DNA from: Balanoglossus misakiensis
Lineage: Eukaryota; Animalia; Hemichordata
DNA length: 64,000 nucleotides
NCBI GenBank assembly: GCA_040954595.2
Contig: CM082577.2
Coordinates: 9,945,846 to 10,009,845 of the forward strand
Reading direction: 5' to 3'
Shown here: positions 51,495 to 64,000 of the stretch, in pieces
Numbering within the stretch: position 1 is the stretch's first letter
Layout of the letters: the number at the start of each line of letters is the position of its first letter
Program-made: the position numbers and the translations under genes
The notes under the pieces: generated by a model
What the model saw: the letters and a program-made list of their open reading frames with translations, nothing else
Database searches by the model: none
What the model was told of the DNA's origin: nothing

Positions 51495-53442
51495 ATGATG
51501 AGGTTTCTAGTCTTTGCGTTCATCACCATCCCCTTAGCCTGCGCCCAGCCCGGGCCGGAGCCGGTGGAGACGGTCCTCCTGCAGATCCCGCAGGGCGACT
51601 TGAAGGGCAAGCGGATCGAGACCGAGCCCGGCGTCTACGTGGACTTCTTCGGCGGCGTGCCGTACGTGCAGCCGCCGGTCGGCAGCCTGAGGTTCGAAGC
51701 CCCACAGGGACCCCCGCCGACGTGGACCGGGGAGCGCGACGCCACGGTCCACGGCAAAGCGTGCCCGCAGCTGGGGTCGTTGTTCTACAACAACAGCCTC
51801 CCGAGCCTCCCGCCCCTGCTGCCGTTGCCAGAGCTACCGACTGTAGACATGCAAGAGGACTGTCTTTTCATAGACATCTGGGCGCCTGAGGTATGCTTCC
51901 AACCAATATTTCCAGCGTCATTGCATCCTTTATTTGGTTAAATGCCTTTTGTCGTACCATGTATAAAAAAGCCTAACGGCTTTAAACGTTTTTGGTAGGT
52001 AAGATCTTGATTCTTTTAGACAGAGAACTTTGCCCATTTTGATGTGAAAAATACTGTGATTTTTTCCAAAAGACGAGAATTTACCTTTATTATTCCCGTT
52101 AATAAGTCGAATCTACCAACTTACACTGGTACTAGTAATGTCGTCAATCCATGCACCGTTTCCTTTTCAACCGGAGAGAAAACTGATTTTCTGGTTCCCG
52201 CCCAAATCTTCCATTTCAGCGCTCCGACCCGGAAGAGCAGCTGCCCGTTATGTTTTTCATCCAAGGCGGGGCCTACCTCATCGGATACAACGGCTTCTAC
52301 GATGCCTCACAGCTTGCGGGCAGAAAGCGTGTGGTGGTAGCCGTCTTCCAGTACCGTCTAGGAGCCCTGGGTGAGATAATTTGCTTTATGTTTCCGAACG
52401 TATCGAACGTTTAGAATCAACATTTTGTGTGTGTCAGTACGTATTCAAAATAACGATATTGTGATATATCGCTATATGTTTGTGTGTCTGTGTTTCTGTC
52501 TGTCTGTCTGTCTGTCTGTCTGCCTGTCTGTCTGCCTCTATTTATCTCTGTCTAACTCGATCGCTAACTAGCTGTGTTATTGGTTAAAATTTTGTATTCA
52601 TCAGGCTACATCAGCACGATGGACAGCGTCGCACCCGGAAACTATGGAATGTTAGACCAGGTAGCCGCCCTTGTCTGGATGAAGCAAAACGCGGATTTTT
52701 TTGGTGGCAGCGCCGACCAGGTTACAATCTTCGGGGAGAGTGCCGGCTCTGCGAGCGTAGGAATGCACACGCTGTCTCCCATGTCCGCCGGTAGGGTGTT
52801 TACTGTGAACAATACCGAACTACTTTCCCTTGCTTGCCTGCCTGCCTGCCTGCCTATAGAAAAAGCCCGTCATGGTGACACAGCAGCTAAATTACCACAC
52901 TTCCGAATTACCTTAACAAGCTTATGGCCACTCGGGCTCCAGGCGCGAGTTAACCATGGTTCAGTCCCCAAAACCAATTGTTTTCTATGTCAAGGTTGGA
53001 CCTCTAAAGAGTGAAATAGGGGTGAAAAGGGTTAAGTCAGCATATCATAATGCTATTCAAGATTTGTACTGACAGAAACCGTATAGCTCACAACACAACA
53101 GACGCCAAATGACAGTATCATAAATACCGTTGACCCACAATTATACTATAATAACATGCATTCGCTATTTCCCCCAACGTAGGTCTATTTAACCGAGCAA
53201 TTGGTGAAAGCGGCAGTCCTATGAATTACTGGGCCTTCAAAGCCGGGCCCTACGACATTTTGGATTCAACCTACGCCCTGGCAACCAGCATCGGGTGCCC
53301 CACCCTGCCCCACCAGGATCTCATCGACTGTCTCAGAACAAAGGACGCTATGGAAATCTCGGATCACACAGACCCGGTAACTATCAATCAATTAATGATT
53401 CCGTCAATCAATCAATCGATCGATCAATGAATCAATGAATCC

Positions 53443-53514
<72 letters not shown>

Positions 53515-53547
53515 GTCAGTCAGTCAGTCAGTCAGTCAGTCAGTCAG

Positions 53548-53585
<38 letters not shown>

Positions 53586-56431
53586 CACTAATCCGCTAAT
53601 CCACCAATCCATCACACTCTTTCTAATAAATCTTCTAATAAACACGTTGTTAACGTTTTTAATCGTTTCCTTCCGCGTTTGATCCTACAGTTTTATGGTG
53701 ACACTATTTCTTTTGCTCCGGTACAAGACGGTCCTGGGGGTTTCATGCCTGCACAGCCGCTCGACATGATGATGGCCGGCGACTTCCACGTCACCGAACT
53801 CTTGGTGGGCTACAATAAAGATGAGACTTCTCCCCTCTACCGTAAGTGGTCTCTTCCTTTGCCGGTGCAAAACTGATGATTTTAGTCAGTACCGGAAATA
53901 CTAGACTTCGGATCGTTAAAATGAACGGAAGCCCGTAGAAGATATTTTACACATGCTCTTCTAGGTTGATGTTACTGAAATATCGCCCAGATATTTTGCA
54001 GTATAATTACATGTATATATCAGGAAGAATCGCATGTATAGACATGCGCTGTATTATAATAGTAGAACACTTGAATGCCAGTGATGCAGAACATGTTTTT
54101 GTGTGTGCATAGTTCGGTACCCTGACTTTGGGTCTGGTATAACGAGGGACAATTTCACAACGGTCATCCAAGACATCGTCGCCAAAAGAATATTCCCTGA
54201 CAACACTGTGGCATACCAAGAGACGTTTGATGCCCTCGAATTCATGTATCTACCTTGGCAAGATCCGGACGATCCTATTCTGCTGAGGGACAGTGCGGTG
54301 AAGGTGAGCTTTTTCTGTTCGACTAATGTCTGTAGTCAGTCGGTATGTCTGTATGTGTTATTAAAAATTAATCATATTAAAAAAACTCTATGTCATCATG
54401 CTTGATTTTTTGGTACAGCTGTTTTTAACCATAGGAAAACTATAGCATTGGCAGTGCGAGAAAAGTGCTGACACAGTATTTTCTACAATAACTGAAAAAG
54501 TCTATGTTTGTTTTTAACATTTATTGATAAACAATATATATACAAATCAGGTCATCAAAATGACAATATTTGAGAAGTCCACTACCTTAACATCCTCCCG
54601 GGACGTTTATCAAACACACAGCTAACTGACGAACGGTTTTTCGAGGCTGGCGTCCACTGGGAGGCGAAACTTGCCACCGCTGCTAACGTCAGTACGTACG
54701 TGTATCGGTACGACTACAGAAAATCGTCTGCAATGTTTCCAGAATGGATAGGTAGGTCAACAAATGCGGACCAGAGACTCATGTCTGCTGTCTGGACAGG
54801 TTGGGTCTGCCCCGTTTTTTTCTCGTTCCATTTTATCTTCAGAGTTGTGTTGACGAAGAGCAACTAGGTCGCAATTTTTATCACTTCGCTATCGTAGTGT
54901 GAAGCAGCCCGCTGTATTACCGAATCGTTTCGCGTGTTTTATCGCTGGTAAACCATTTCATATTCACTGTGGACGTGTCAACCGATATCAGGCGATGCGT
55001 TTTAGAACAAGAATCGTCAATTTTTAGTAATTTGTACACAATACGACATACTTTTTATAAACGATCATTGCTTTGCAACATGGAATAGGCGACAAAAAAA
55101 CGAAAAGTATCAATTAAATATTCTAAGACAGTATACGTCGTAGATGGATGATGCAATTGACTATGTACAGACCCTGGACATTTTCCGCTGTAGCGTCTAA
55201 ATGCAGACAACGGCAATGATTCGACAATAGCGGGACAGAAATCGTATCCTGAGTCTAGGCAGGCCGTAGTGTGTTTTTTTTTTATTTTAAACTCGGGAAG
55301 CGGCGCTGTTGATACGATTGCAAGCGATGGAGAAGTTGAAGACATGTGATAAAACAATCGCATCTGTAAAAAATATCACCTGTCTATCGAATGTTATTCA
55401 CACACGATAAGTATAATTTACCCAGTGCAAATAAGATTGGCTACATCAAATTTTGTAGGTCAGTGTAAGGAAGTACATGTAGGCTACACATAACTGTATG
55501 AAAATCACCTGTCCTTATCATTGTTGTTTTTAGATAACGTTTGTCTTAAATAATATCAAAACTTTAATGATTTCTATGAAAACGTGTCGCGCGACACAGG
55601 CGACAGATGTTTTGGCGCGCAATGCAATTTATGACAGGCTGATGTTTTGTTCTCCAACCAATCAGGTGTTCCCCATGCTTCTGAGCTGGATATGGTCTTC
55701 GGAGTACCCTACCAGCCGGACAAAAATGAGACTTATACGGATGACGATCGACTTGTCAGTGGTATTTTTATGGACATGTGGTACAATTTTGCAACAACTG
55801 GGTCAGTAGCCCTTGCAGGATTTTCTAAGACAGTGTATTATTGTTGTTTTTGTTATACTATTTTTCTCTGAAGGATATCAGCATATGAAAGAAAAAATGA
55901 CATCGGTTTAAAGGGAATCCCTCGAAGACAATTTTGCGATGTATGTCTGTTAAGAGGTTATTCAGATAATATTAGTCATTTTGGCCAACCATAAAACCTG
56001 CAATTTCGTTAAAATCAAAGAAAAACGTTTTCTTTAATTTTAGCAAAATCGCGAGCTTATGGTTGGTGCACTGAGATTTCGCTTAGCTAAACCAACTTCC
56101 TATGAGACATACATGTGTAGCAAAAAATGCAAAAATGTAATGCAAAAAATGGCAGCTCTTGGAGCTTTAATACTAATAATTCGGCACCCGCATTTCCTTC
56201 CACCCCGACAGAAATCCGAACTCTCCGCCGGGCGCGTCCATAGCTGGAGTGGACGGCGAATGGGAGCAGTACACGAGGGCAAACCAGCGCACCTTCCACA
56301 TCAACACCTCGAGCGTAATGCAGGACGGCACGGTGTCCTTCAGGGGCCACGGCTATTGGAACGACTACGACCACAAGGTGATCACGAATGCCCAGAACCA
56401 GGCGGCCCAGTGCATCGGTGGCAGGAAGTGA
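51495..56431 (+). CDS. Type-B carboxylesterase/lipase paralog 7 (divergent, secreted, no anchor); exons 51495-51890, 52220-52370, 52605-52790, 53183-53376, 53691-53841, 54113-54303, 54622-54751, 55666-55802, 56212-56431
   Basis: Signal peptide; [25 protein letters not shown]; same intron phases as paralogs 1-6; ends [11 protein letters not shown]; AATAAA at 56526. Confidence 0.92.
53404..53584. repeat. Compound (CAAT)n/(CAGT)n microsatellite in intron 4 of paralog 7
   Basis: Direct reading. Confidence 0.97.
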
Positions 56432-57259
56432 CGTACATGTGGTTGTCGTTGATGATGCATGCATCGCCCTGGTTGAGTGACATTCACCATTGATTCAGTT
56501 TTCAGCTTAATTCCCAGCTTGTTTGAATAAAACAACAAACACCCACAACACCAGGAAATGGAAATAAAAACGGACTTATGTCCACCAAGCATCAAAAACT
56601 GTCTGAGTATGGTCATGTTTATTTGTTCATTTCACCTCCGCGTATCAAATGTAATTTCTACACTCGGAAGTATTTTGAAATGCCGGGTTTTTGTCTCACC
56701 CTATTACTGAAAACTCTTCATCCATTTACACTGGACGTCACCAATAATACTACTGACAAGTGCATACGTTCTGATCACTTTTTAATTTTATTGGCAACAA
56801 GTTGTTAAATTTGCATGAAAACGCGGCATGAGAAATTAACAAAATGTATATGTCCTCGTACAGACCTAATACGGGACACAGCACTGGAATCAAACATTCA
56901 AAAACTGTAAGAGACCAGCTGTGAAACGCAATTGTAGATAATAGCTTAGACTGAGGACACGCCACAGCCATGTACTACCTAGATGTGCACATCCATGTTA
57001 CAGGGCTGTGCTGACATCCTAGCACCAGGGGTATAGTCAACACATATGTACCAGCTGTGTGTGTTCACTTTACTTATACAGGGATGTACACACCCCTGTA
57101 ACAGTCCCTTCAATGGTACAGGACTGTGCCGGGTTCCCCTGCTTACTGGACCTATTTTTGCCCTAGCATATATCGAAGTGACCATTCAACGCACATGTGT
57201 ACATGAACATGTACATGAACGTGTGCGCCCTCTTGAACGATGACCTTCGATCACTGCGA

Positions 57260-57670
57260 TAGTCTGGTCCCCTGCCCCATCCCCGCCGCTGGCTGCGCTG
57301 CTCAAGGGAAGGGTCAGGTATGGGCCGCCATTTTGGTCAGGATCCTGACCAAAATGGCGGACTGTCACATCACTTCAACTGTTCAGTGACGTCACATGAT
57401 ACACCAAAATGGCTGCGACCGTGAAAACAACACCAGTAAAGATCAACGCAAGTACATGTGTTGCTTGTGGGGAAGATGAGCAGCGATTAAAGAAAATTTA
57501 CAGCAACAATCGACTAACTACAAATGTAGTCATTGTTTGAAAACTTTATTGACCAATCAGCACGCTCGATATTAATGTCCAATCACAGCCATGCATTAAA
57601 TGGCCTTTACCTGACCCCTTTCGTGAGTGTAGCGCCAGCAGCGGGAGAAAGGGGGCAGGGTACCAGACTA
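57260..57670. mobile_element. MITE, TAG...CTA termini, 9-bp TSD (family B), in the CTBS-A proximal upstream region
   Basis: ~19-bp TIRs tagtctggt(c/a)ccctgcccc; TSD TCACTGCGA at 57251-57259 and 57671-57679; a single-copy empty site sits at 61554-61562 upstream of the paralog. Confidence 0.93.
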
Positions 57671-57746
57671 TCACTGCGAAGGCTAGTCTCAGAATGCGGA
57701 CCATTTGATTAGGCCTATTGGCAGGGGGAAGAGTCTCCAATCGGTC

Positions 57747-60700
57747 ATGATGCGCGCTCTCTGGGTTTTTGTGATTTCAGCCGCAGTGCTCCGAACGGAT
57801 TCGACACAAACCGGCAGCAAGTGCCCTTGCTCGGACGTTTCACTATGCAAGACGATCACAACTAAACCGAAAAAGGAGGTACGCGTCGTGCATATTCGAT
57901 AATAATCTTTAAACTTCTTAATTTAGTGTATAAGATTAGATGGGGGCTCATGCACTTTTGGTCGGGTGTTGGCATGCCGTTTTATCACGTACTAAATGGA
58001 TGATAGTCTCCAATAAATGTTGGAGAACAAGTTCGTTGACAGTCAGTAATCACATGACATTTTCTAACGTAGCCAACTTAGACTCAAATCATCTGATAGC
58101 TTGTGAAAGTGCCTTCACTGAGCTTGAACGCGAAAACGGGGCGTTCATTACTGACAGTGCTGAAGGTGTTTTCGGGTCATGACCCAGTTAATTGTACCAT
58201 ATCACCGTCTGACCTACAAATATTATGACCTATGATTGATCTGCGAAGTGATGTGTTTAGATGTAGGCCGCTCTATCGACGACGAAAAGGTTGCAACGTA
58301 AACCATGGAGATTCCAGCCTAGAAATTATGTGGGATAATGTACGATACACAACCAAACGTACAAACGACGTTGAATAACACCGAACCTTCCCCTTTCTCC
58401 TCGTTTGCAGACATTTGTGTTCCGTGTTGCTGGCTCCACTTGGAAAAACTATGACTGGTCCAAGATAACAACTGTCGGTATGTTTGGGGAGTATGACCCC
58501 CAGCTCATGTGCACTGCGCATGCTCATGGCGTGAGACTCGTACAAGCAGGTATGTCGGTAGTGATATAAATCCAGACAAGCGGCATGTATATATTGTGTA
58601 AGAATCAGCGAGATTCTAGTCTAATACAATTTATGCCAACTGGATAAAACTTGTTATATGACAAACTGCATATCTGGTTCTTCTCCCTATAGTATCCCCA
58701 AAATACACCGCTTTTAAACAATATCAAAAATGTTGATGTATACATGGGCTATGTTGAGAAAACCGTTTAAACCTACCTCAGAACACCGAATAAGAAACCA
58801 CATTTCGTACTCAGAACAAAATTACTGAACAAATTGTCAAGAGAAAAAAGGACATTTATAATTATAGGTTCAGCTTGTTCTTGGTTTTCGTTACCTATCA
58901 GACAGAGGCTCACCTTATTGGCCAATCCTGTGCCACCTACCATCCCAAAATGATTCCTGAAATGCAGTGATAATATCCAAGCTTAGCCAAGGCGGCGTCA
59001 AGAGATAAGACCCGCCGGATTAACGCAATATTTACCCATTCTTGTACAGCGAGTTTCCCCGAGGCGAATCTAACCAACAAAGAACAACGCGGCAAATGGG
59101 TGCAGGATCATCTCCAGTTAGTTCAAGACCAATTTATGGATGGTCTAAATATCGATATCGAATTTCCTCTAGTGGACCCAGACAAAAGGAGCATTCTGAC
59201 CGACTTGGTCAAGCAGACGACACAAACCTTTCATAATAAAATACCAGGGTCCCAGGTAAGTACTTTAAAAAAAGTGATTATTAGTGATTATTAATGTATT
59301 AGACTCGATAATCAAAGTCTTGAACCTCTTCCGTATACTGCGCATGCCCGAGGCAACTTTAGAGTATACCAGGATATTTTCTATTAAACCTGTTCATTCA
59401 ATACAGGTCACCTTCGACGTCGCTTGGACGCCAGATTGTGCCAGACAAGGTTTCCGTTGCTATGACTACAGAGGTATTGCAGACGCCACCGATTTTCTGT
59501 TTGTCATGGACTATGACGAATATGAGACGATAGCAAATCGGTGCATAGCCGATGCAAATTCACCCATTAATAAAACTATTTCAGGTATGCATTAATTTGA
59601 TTCAAATTCAAAGTTTTTAGGTTTTCATTTTCAAGACATCTCAAAGCACTTTCAATAGTTTCTGTGTTCCTTTTTGCAACGTCCATGTATATAAAGTCTG
59701 TATAGTAGACAGATAAATATTGTAACACACGTCATCCGAAGACTGTGTTCTCATGTTGCAATTTGACATGCTGTGTATTAAAACGGTGCCGCGCCTTTAA
59801 TCACATCCATGAAGAGTTTAGAGGATAGGGAATACATTTGAAGTTAGTTTACTGTGGAAAATATATGTGAAATTTGGAAGCTAAAGGCTTTAATATAAAC
59901 TTTTACCGCGCCACACTTAAAACATCATTTTTTTTCATTTCAAGGCCTTGAAGAATTTATACAGCTTGGTATTCCTGCAAGTAAACTGGTGTCAGGACTG
60001 CCCTGGTATGCCTACGACTATCCGTGTCTCAATTTGACTGGGGTAAGTTTTTAATCGGCGTTTGGCCAACATGTTCATCGGGTTTATATCCCCAGTATTT
60101 CCTGTAAAAATGGTACTTATTCGCGTCGAAAATCAAAGTCTCAAACTTCTTTTCTCAAATTTGACTGAGGGCAACTTTTAAAATTTTAAAATTCCAAAAT
60201 ATCTAATCTCTGTTAACTCGGTTGAGAAAATTTAGTGATTGTTTTATTTTTATAAAAACAAGACGATCGACATTCAGTTGTCTTCTATAGTTTTAAAAGA
60301 CAGGGTATATCTACACTAGCCCAGGAGTAAAATCAAACCTGTTCTTGCACCGATTCGAGTGTGATTTTAGGTGAGATACATTTTTGTCATACCTGTACAT
60401 TTGTACTATGATCGATTTTGAGCAACGGTATTTTTCTAGGACAATTGTACATGCACCATTAAACACTCACCAGTGTGGCCGATTTGCGATGGAAACGTAG
60501 GGACAGAAAAGGATTATGGTGTAATTATGAGGCTTCTTGCGCAGAACTCAACCAGCGGAAGAATTTGGAGTGACGCAAACAAGTCGCCATTCTTTAACTA
60601 TAAGGTAAGATACTTCTCACGTTGTTTGAGGTATTCCGCCAGGATTCACATTACACCGATATGTCAACTATGCATCTTCGGATTTCCACGAATTAATACT

Positions 60701-61332
60701 AAAATGCTATGTAGTCAGTCTAGAAGTGGGTCCTTACGCTAGACCGACCTTTCATTAAATGTAGTGTGAAGTGTGACTGTTTTTTTTGTAGAGTTTCGGA
60801 TTGTAAAGTTCAAGCCAAATGTTATCCATACTCGAAATTCAAACTGCCCGCTAAAGTTCCCGTTTATTTGAACAAAAATCACTTTTCTAATTTTAATTGT
60901 TTTGAATATTTTAATATAAAACATAAACCCAGCATAAAAAACAACAAAAATCCTTGATTTCCACCAGACGTTTGTTTTATATCCGGATCTGACATCAGCA
61001 AGAAGTGTGCGCCTTTATTAAGCATACATTTATGAGCTTATTTTACCTGGCCGCGTTGATTTTAACCCCAAAGCCTGCATGCGCTGATTAAAATACACAG
61101 TATTTAGAGCTACCTGGCTTTATTCTTGCAGGATCAGGCCACCGGCCAGTTCCATCAAGTATGGTACGACGACCCCGAGAGCTTAAAGTTGAAGTTCGAC
61201 TACGCCACTCAGAGAGATCTGCTGGGCGTTGGTGTGTTCCACGCCGACGCACTCGATTACAGCGACGATCCAACGGCCAAAATACAAACCAAAGCTATGT
61301 GGGATACATTGCCGGCACGACGCAGTAATTAA
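57747..61332 (+). CDS. CTBS: Di-N-acetylchitobiase (GH18, CTBS-like) copy A; exons 57747-57878, 58411-58549, 59050-59255, 59407-59584, 59945-60042, 60440-60604, 61132-61332
   Basis: Signal peptide, then CPCSDVSLC, WKNYDWSKITTV, LMCTAH, catalytic DGLNIDIE, VTFDVAW, FLFVMDYDE, GLPWYAYDYPCL and HQVWYDDPES, all characteristic of lysosomal chitobiase; 7 exons in frame. Confidence 0.93.
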
Positions 61333-61632
61333 CGTGCTCCAAATGATCCCTTTCTGATTTTTTTTTTTAATTAAAAAAATGGTTTATCTCTCAGGTCTTA
61401 TTCATGAATTTTATTTTTCCTAGAATTTGACAGTGTAAGATCAGTCCATCCCACCCCCGGCCGTAAAAACTGAACGGTCCCTAACAAGTGACCTGATTCT
61501 ACGCACATGTGTGCGCCCTCTTGAACAACCTTCTCTTGAACGATGACCTTCGATCACTGCGAAGGCTAGTCTCAGAACGTTGTTGACCCTTTGATTAGGC
61601 CTATTGGCAGGGGGGAGAGTCTCCAATCGGTC

Positions 61633-64000
61633 ATGATGCGCGCTCTCTGGGTTTTTGTGATTTCAGCCGCAGTGCTCCGAACGGATTCGACACAAACCGG
61701 CAGCAAGTGCCCTTGCACGGATGTTTCACTATGCAAGACGATCACAACTAAACCGAAAAAGGAGGTACCGTCGTGCATATTCGATAATATTCTTTAAACT
61801 TCTTAATTAATGTATAATATTACTAGGGGGGCACATGCACATTTGGTCGGGTGTTGGTATGCCGTTTTATCACGTACTAAATCGATAATAGTCTCCAGTG
61901 AATATTGGGGACCGAGTTCGTTGACAGTCAGTAATCACGTGACATTTTCTAACGTAGCCAACTTAGACTCAAATCATCTGATAGCTTGTAAAGTGCCTTC
62001 AGCTTGAACGCGAAAACTGGCCGTACATTTTAAACATGATTGCACCATTACTGACGGTGGCATTACGGTGTGTTCTCGGGTCATGACCCGGTTAATGATA
62101 CATATTCACCGCCTGACCCACAAATAATGACCTTCGATTGATCTGCGAAGTGATGTGTTTAGATGTAGGCCACTCTATCGACGACAAAGTAATCATGGAG
62201 AATTCTGTGGGATAATGTACGATAAACAGGCAAACATACAAACGACGTTGAATAACACCAAAGCTTCCCCTGTCTCCTCGTTTGCAGACATTTGTGTTCC
62301 GTGTTGCTGGCTCCACTTGGAAAAACTATGACTGGTCCAAGATAACAACTGTCGGTATGTTTGGGGAGTATGATCCCCAGCTCATGTGCACTGCGCATGC
62401 TCATGGCGTGAGACTCGTACAAGCAGGTATGTCAATGGTGATATATATCCAGAAAAGGTGATTGACTTGAACGACGTCAGAGTCAAAACCGTGTGGTGAC
62501 CTCGTTGCCGTGACATCGCTTTTTGAGTTCTATTGACATGCAGATCTTGAAAAAGTCAGAAAGTTGATTCAATGGCCAGGCCAAGTGTGTAGAATTTCTA
62601 TATATCTAAAACACACTGGTCTGGAGCCAGGCTAATAGTATCCCAAAATACACCGCTTTTAAACATTATCAAAAATGTTAATGAATACATGAGCAATATG
62701 TTGAAAAAACTATTTAAACCTACCTCAGAACACCGAAAAAGAAACCACATTTCGTACTCAGAACTTTACACGACCGTTGTTTGAATGTCCACTAGCTGTA
62801 ATTTTTAAAGCTATTTCTCAGTACCTGGCTCGTTGAAAACCCAAAAAACTGGGTTTGTTGGGATACTATGGGAGGTGCAGTGAATAGGGAAAGGTACTGG
62901 TAGTTGGTACATAATCACAACCTCAGAACACCGAAAAAGAAACCACATTTCGTACTCAGAACAAAATTACTGAAAAAACACTGTGTGATTATTTTGTAAC
63001 TTTATTACTGTAATTCCTGGGCCGTGGACTCGATTAGTCCATTGGGACTATTTCCATGGTCCTAACCAGATATAGACTCTTTTGTTTTACTTGTTCTGTG
63101 TCGTATTGTAATTGTGTAATACTTTAGCTTATGTTCAACTCTATTTATTTATATCTGGTTGAATAAAGATTCATTCAAATGGTCAAAAGTCAAAGGAACA
63201 TTTATAATTCGTGATTTCTGAAATGGCTCCACCAAATTGGATGAATATTTTGTAATTGCATAATTTCCAGTGTTTACCCTCAAACCAAGGAACAGGTTCA
63301 GCTTGTTCTTGGTTTTCGTTACCAATCAGGCAGAGGCTCACCTCATTGGCCAATACTGTGCCACCTACCATCCCAAACTGATTCCTGGAATGCAGTGATA
63401 ATATCCAAGCTTATAGCCAAGGCGGCGTCAAAGGGTTCGATTCTCTAACGAATACGGTACGTCCCGCCGGATTGACGCAATATTTACCCATTCTTTAACA
63501 GCGAGTTTCCCCGAGGCGAGTCTAACCAATAAAGAACAACGCAACAAATGGGTACAGGATCATCTCCAGTTAGTTCAAGATCAATTTATGGATGGTCTAA
63601 ATATCGATATCGAGTTTCCTCTTGTGGACCCCGACAAAAGGCGTATTCTGACCGACTTGGTCAATCAGATGACACAAACCTTTCATAATAAAATACCAGG
63701 ATCCCAGGTAAGTACTTTAAAAAAAGTGATTATTAATGTATTAGACTCGATAATCAAAGTCTTGAACCTCTTCCCTATATTGCCCAAGGCAACTTTAGAG
63801 TATACCAGGATATTTTCTGTTAAACCCGTTTGTTCAGTGCAGGTCACCTTCGACGCCGCTTGGACGCCAGATTGCGCCACACAAGGATTCCGTTGCTATG
63901 ACTACAGAGGTATTGCGGACGCCACGGATTTTCTGTTTGTCATGGACTATGACGAATATGAGACGATAGCAAATCGGTGCATAGCCGATGCAAATTCACC
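61633..64000 (+). CDS. CTBS: Di-N-acetylchitobiase (GH18, CTBS-like) copy B, runs off window end; exons 61633-61764, 62288-62426, 63502-63707, 63843->64000
   Basis: Exon lengths identical to copy A (132, 139, 206 nt), near-identical sequence with DGLNIDIE intact; introns are still alignable to copy A. Confidence 0.92.
62990..63182 (+). mobile_element. Probable 5'-truncated LINE 3' tail in intron 2 of CTBS-B
   Basis: Absent from the copy A intron; contains a stem-loop (tagtcc attg ggacta) and ends with AATAAA followed by gattcattca, as in CR1/L2-type tails. Confidence 0.4.

Noticed and set aside
63421-63450. B-box-like ggttcgattc suggesting a tRNA or SINE
   Set aside because: No A box at a suitable distance and no cloverleaf.

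Overview
Eukaryotic (metazoan) genomic DNA with GT-AG spliced genes, microsatellites and DNA-transposon relics. An invertebrate deuterostome such as a hemichordate is a guess only. All genes are on the + strand, in this order. (1) The last four exons of a DEG/ENaC (ASIC-like) channel. (2) A small 6-exon gene, missed as a unit by the ORF track, encoding a secreted protein of signal peptide + 2 LDL-receptor class A modules + a 12-Cys Ly6/three-finger domain. (3) A head-to-tail array of seven 9-exon type-B carboxylesterase/lipase (carboxyl/cholinesterase) paralogs, all with an intact Ser-Glu-His triad. Six have a greatly expanded Cys (omega/lid) loop and a CxxC-x5-C stalk plus a GPI-type tail; the seventh has a near-normal loop and is soluble. 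(4) Two recently duplicated GH18 di-N-acetylchitobiase (CTBS-like) genes, the second cut by the window end. Mobile DNA comprises a 4.0-kb non-autonomous CACTA element, a 3.7-kb foldback element with ~1.56-kb arms inside an esterase intron, TAG...CTA-ended MITEs with 9-bp target-site duplications (one in a CTBS promoter, with the empty site preserved in the paralog), a Tc1/mariner-type MITE and a Penelope-type minimal hammerhead ribozyme motif. Exon boundaries were read by eye from splice signals and frame continuity; no database searches were run.
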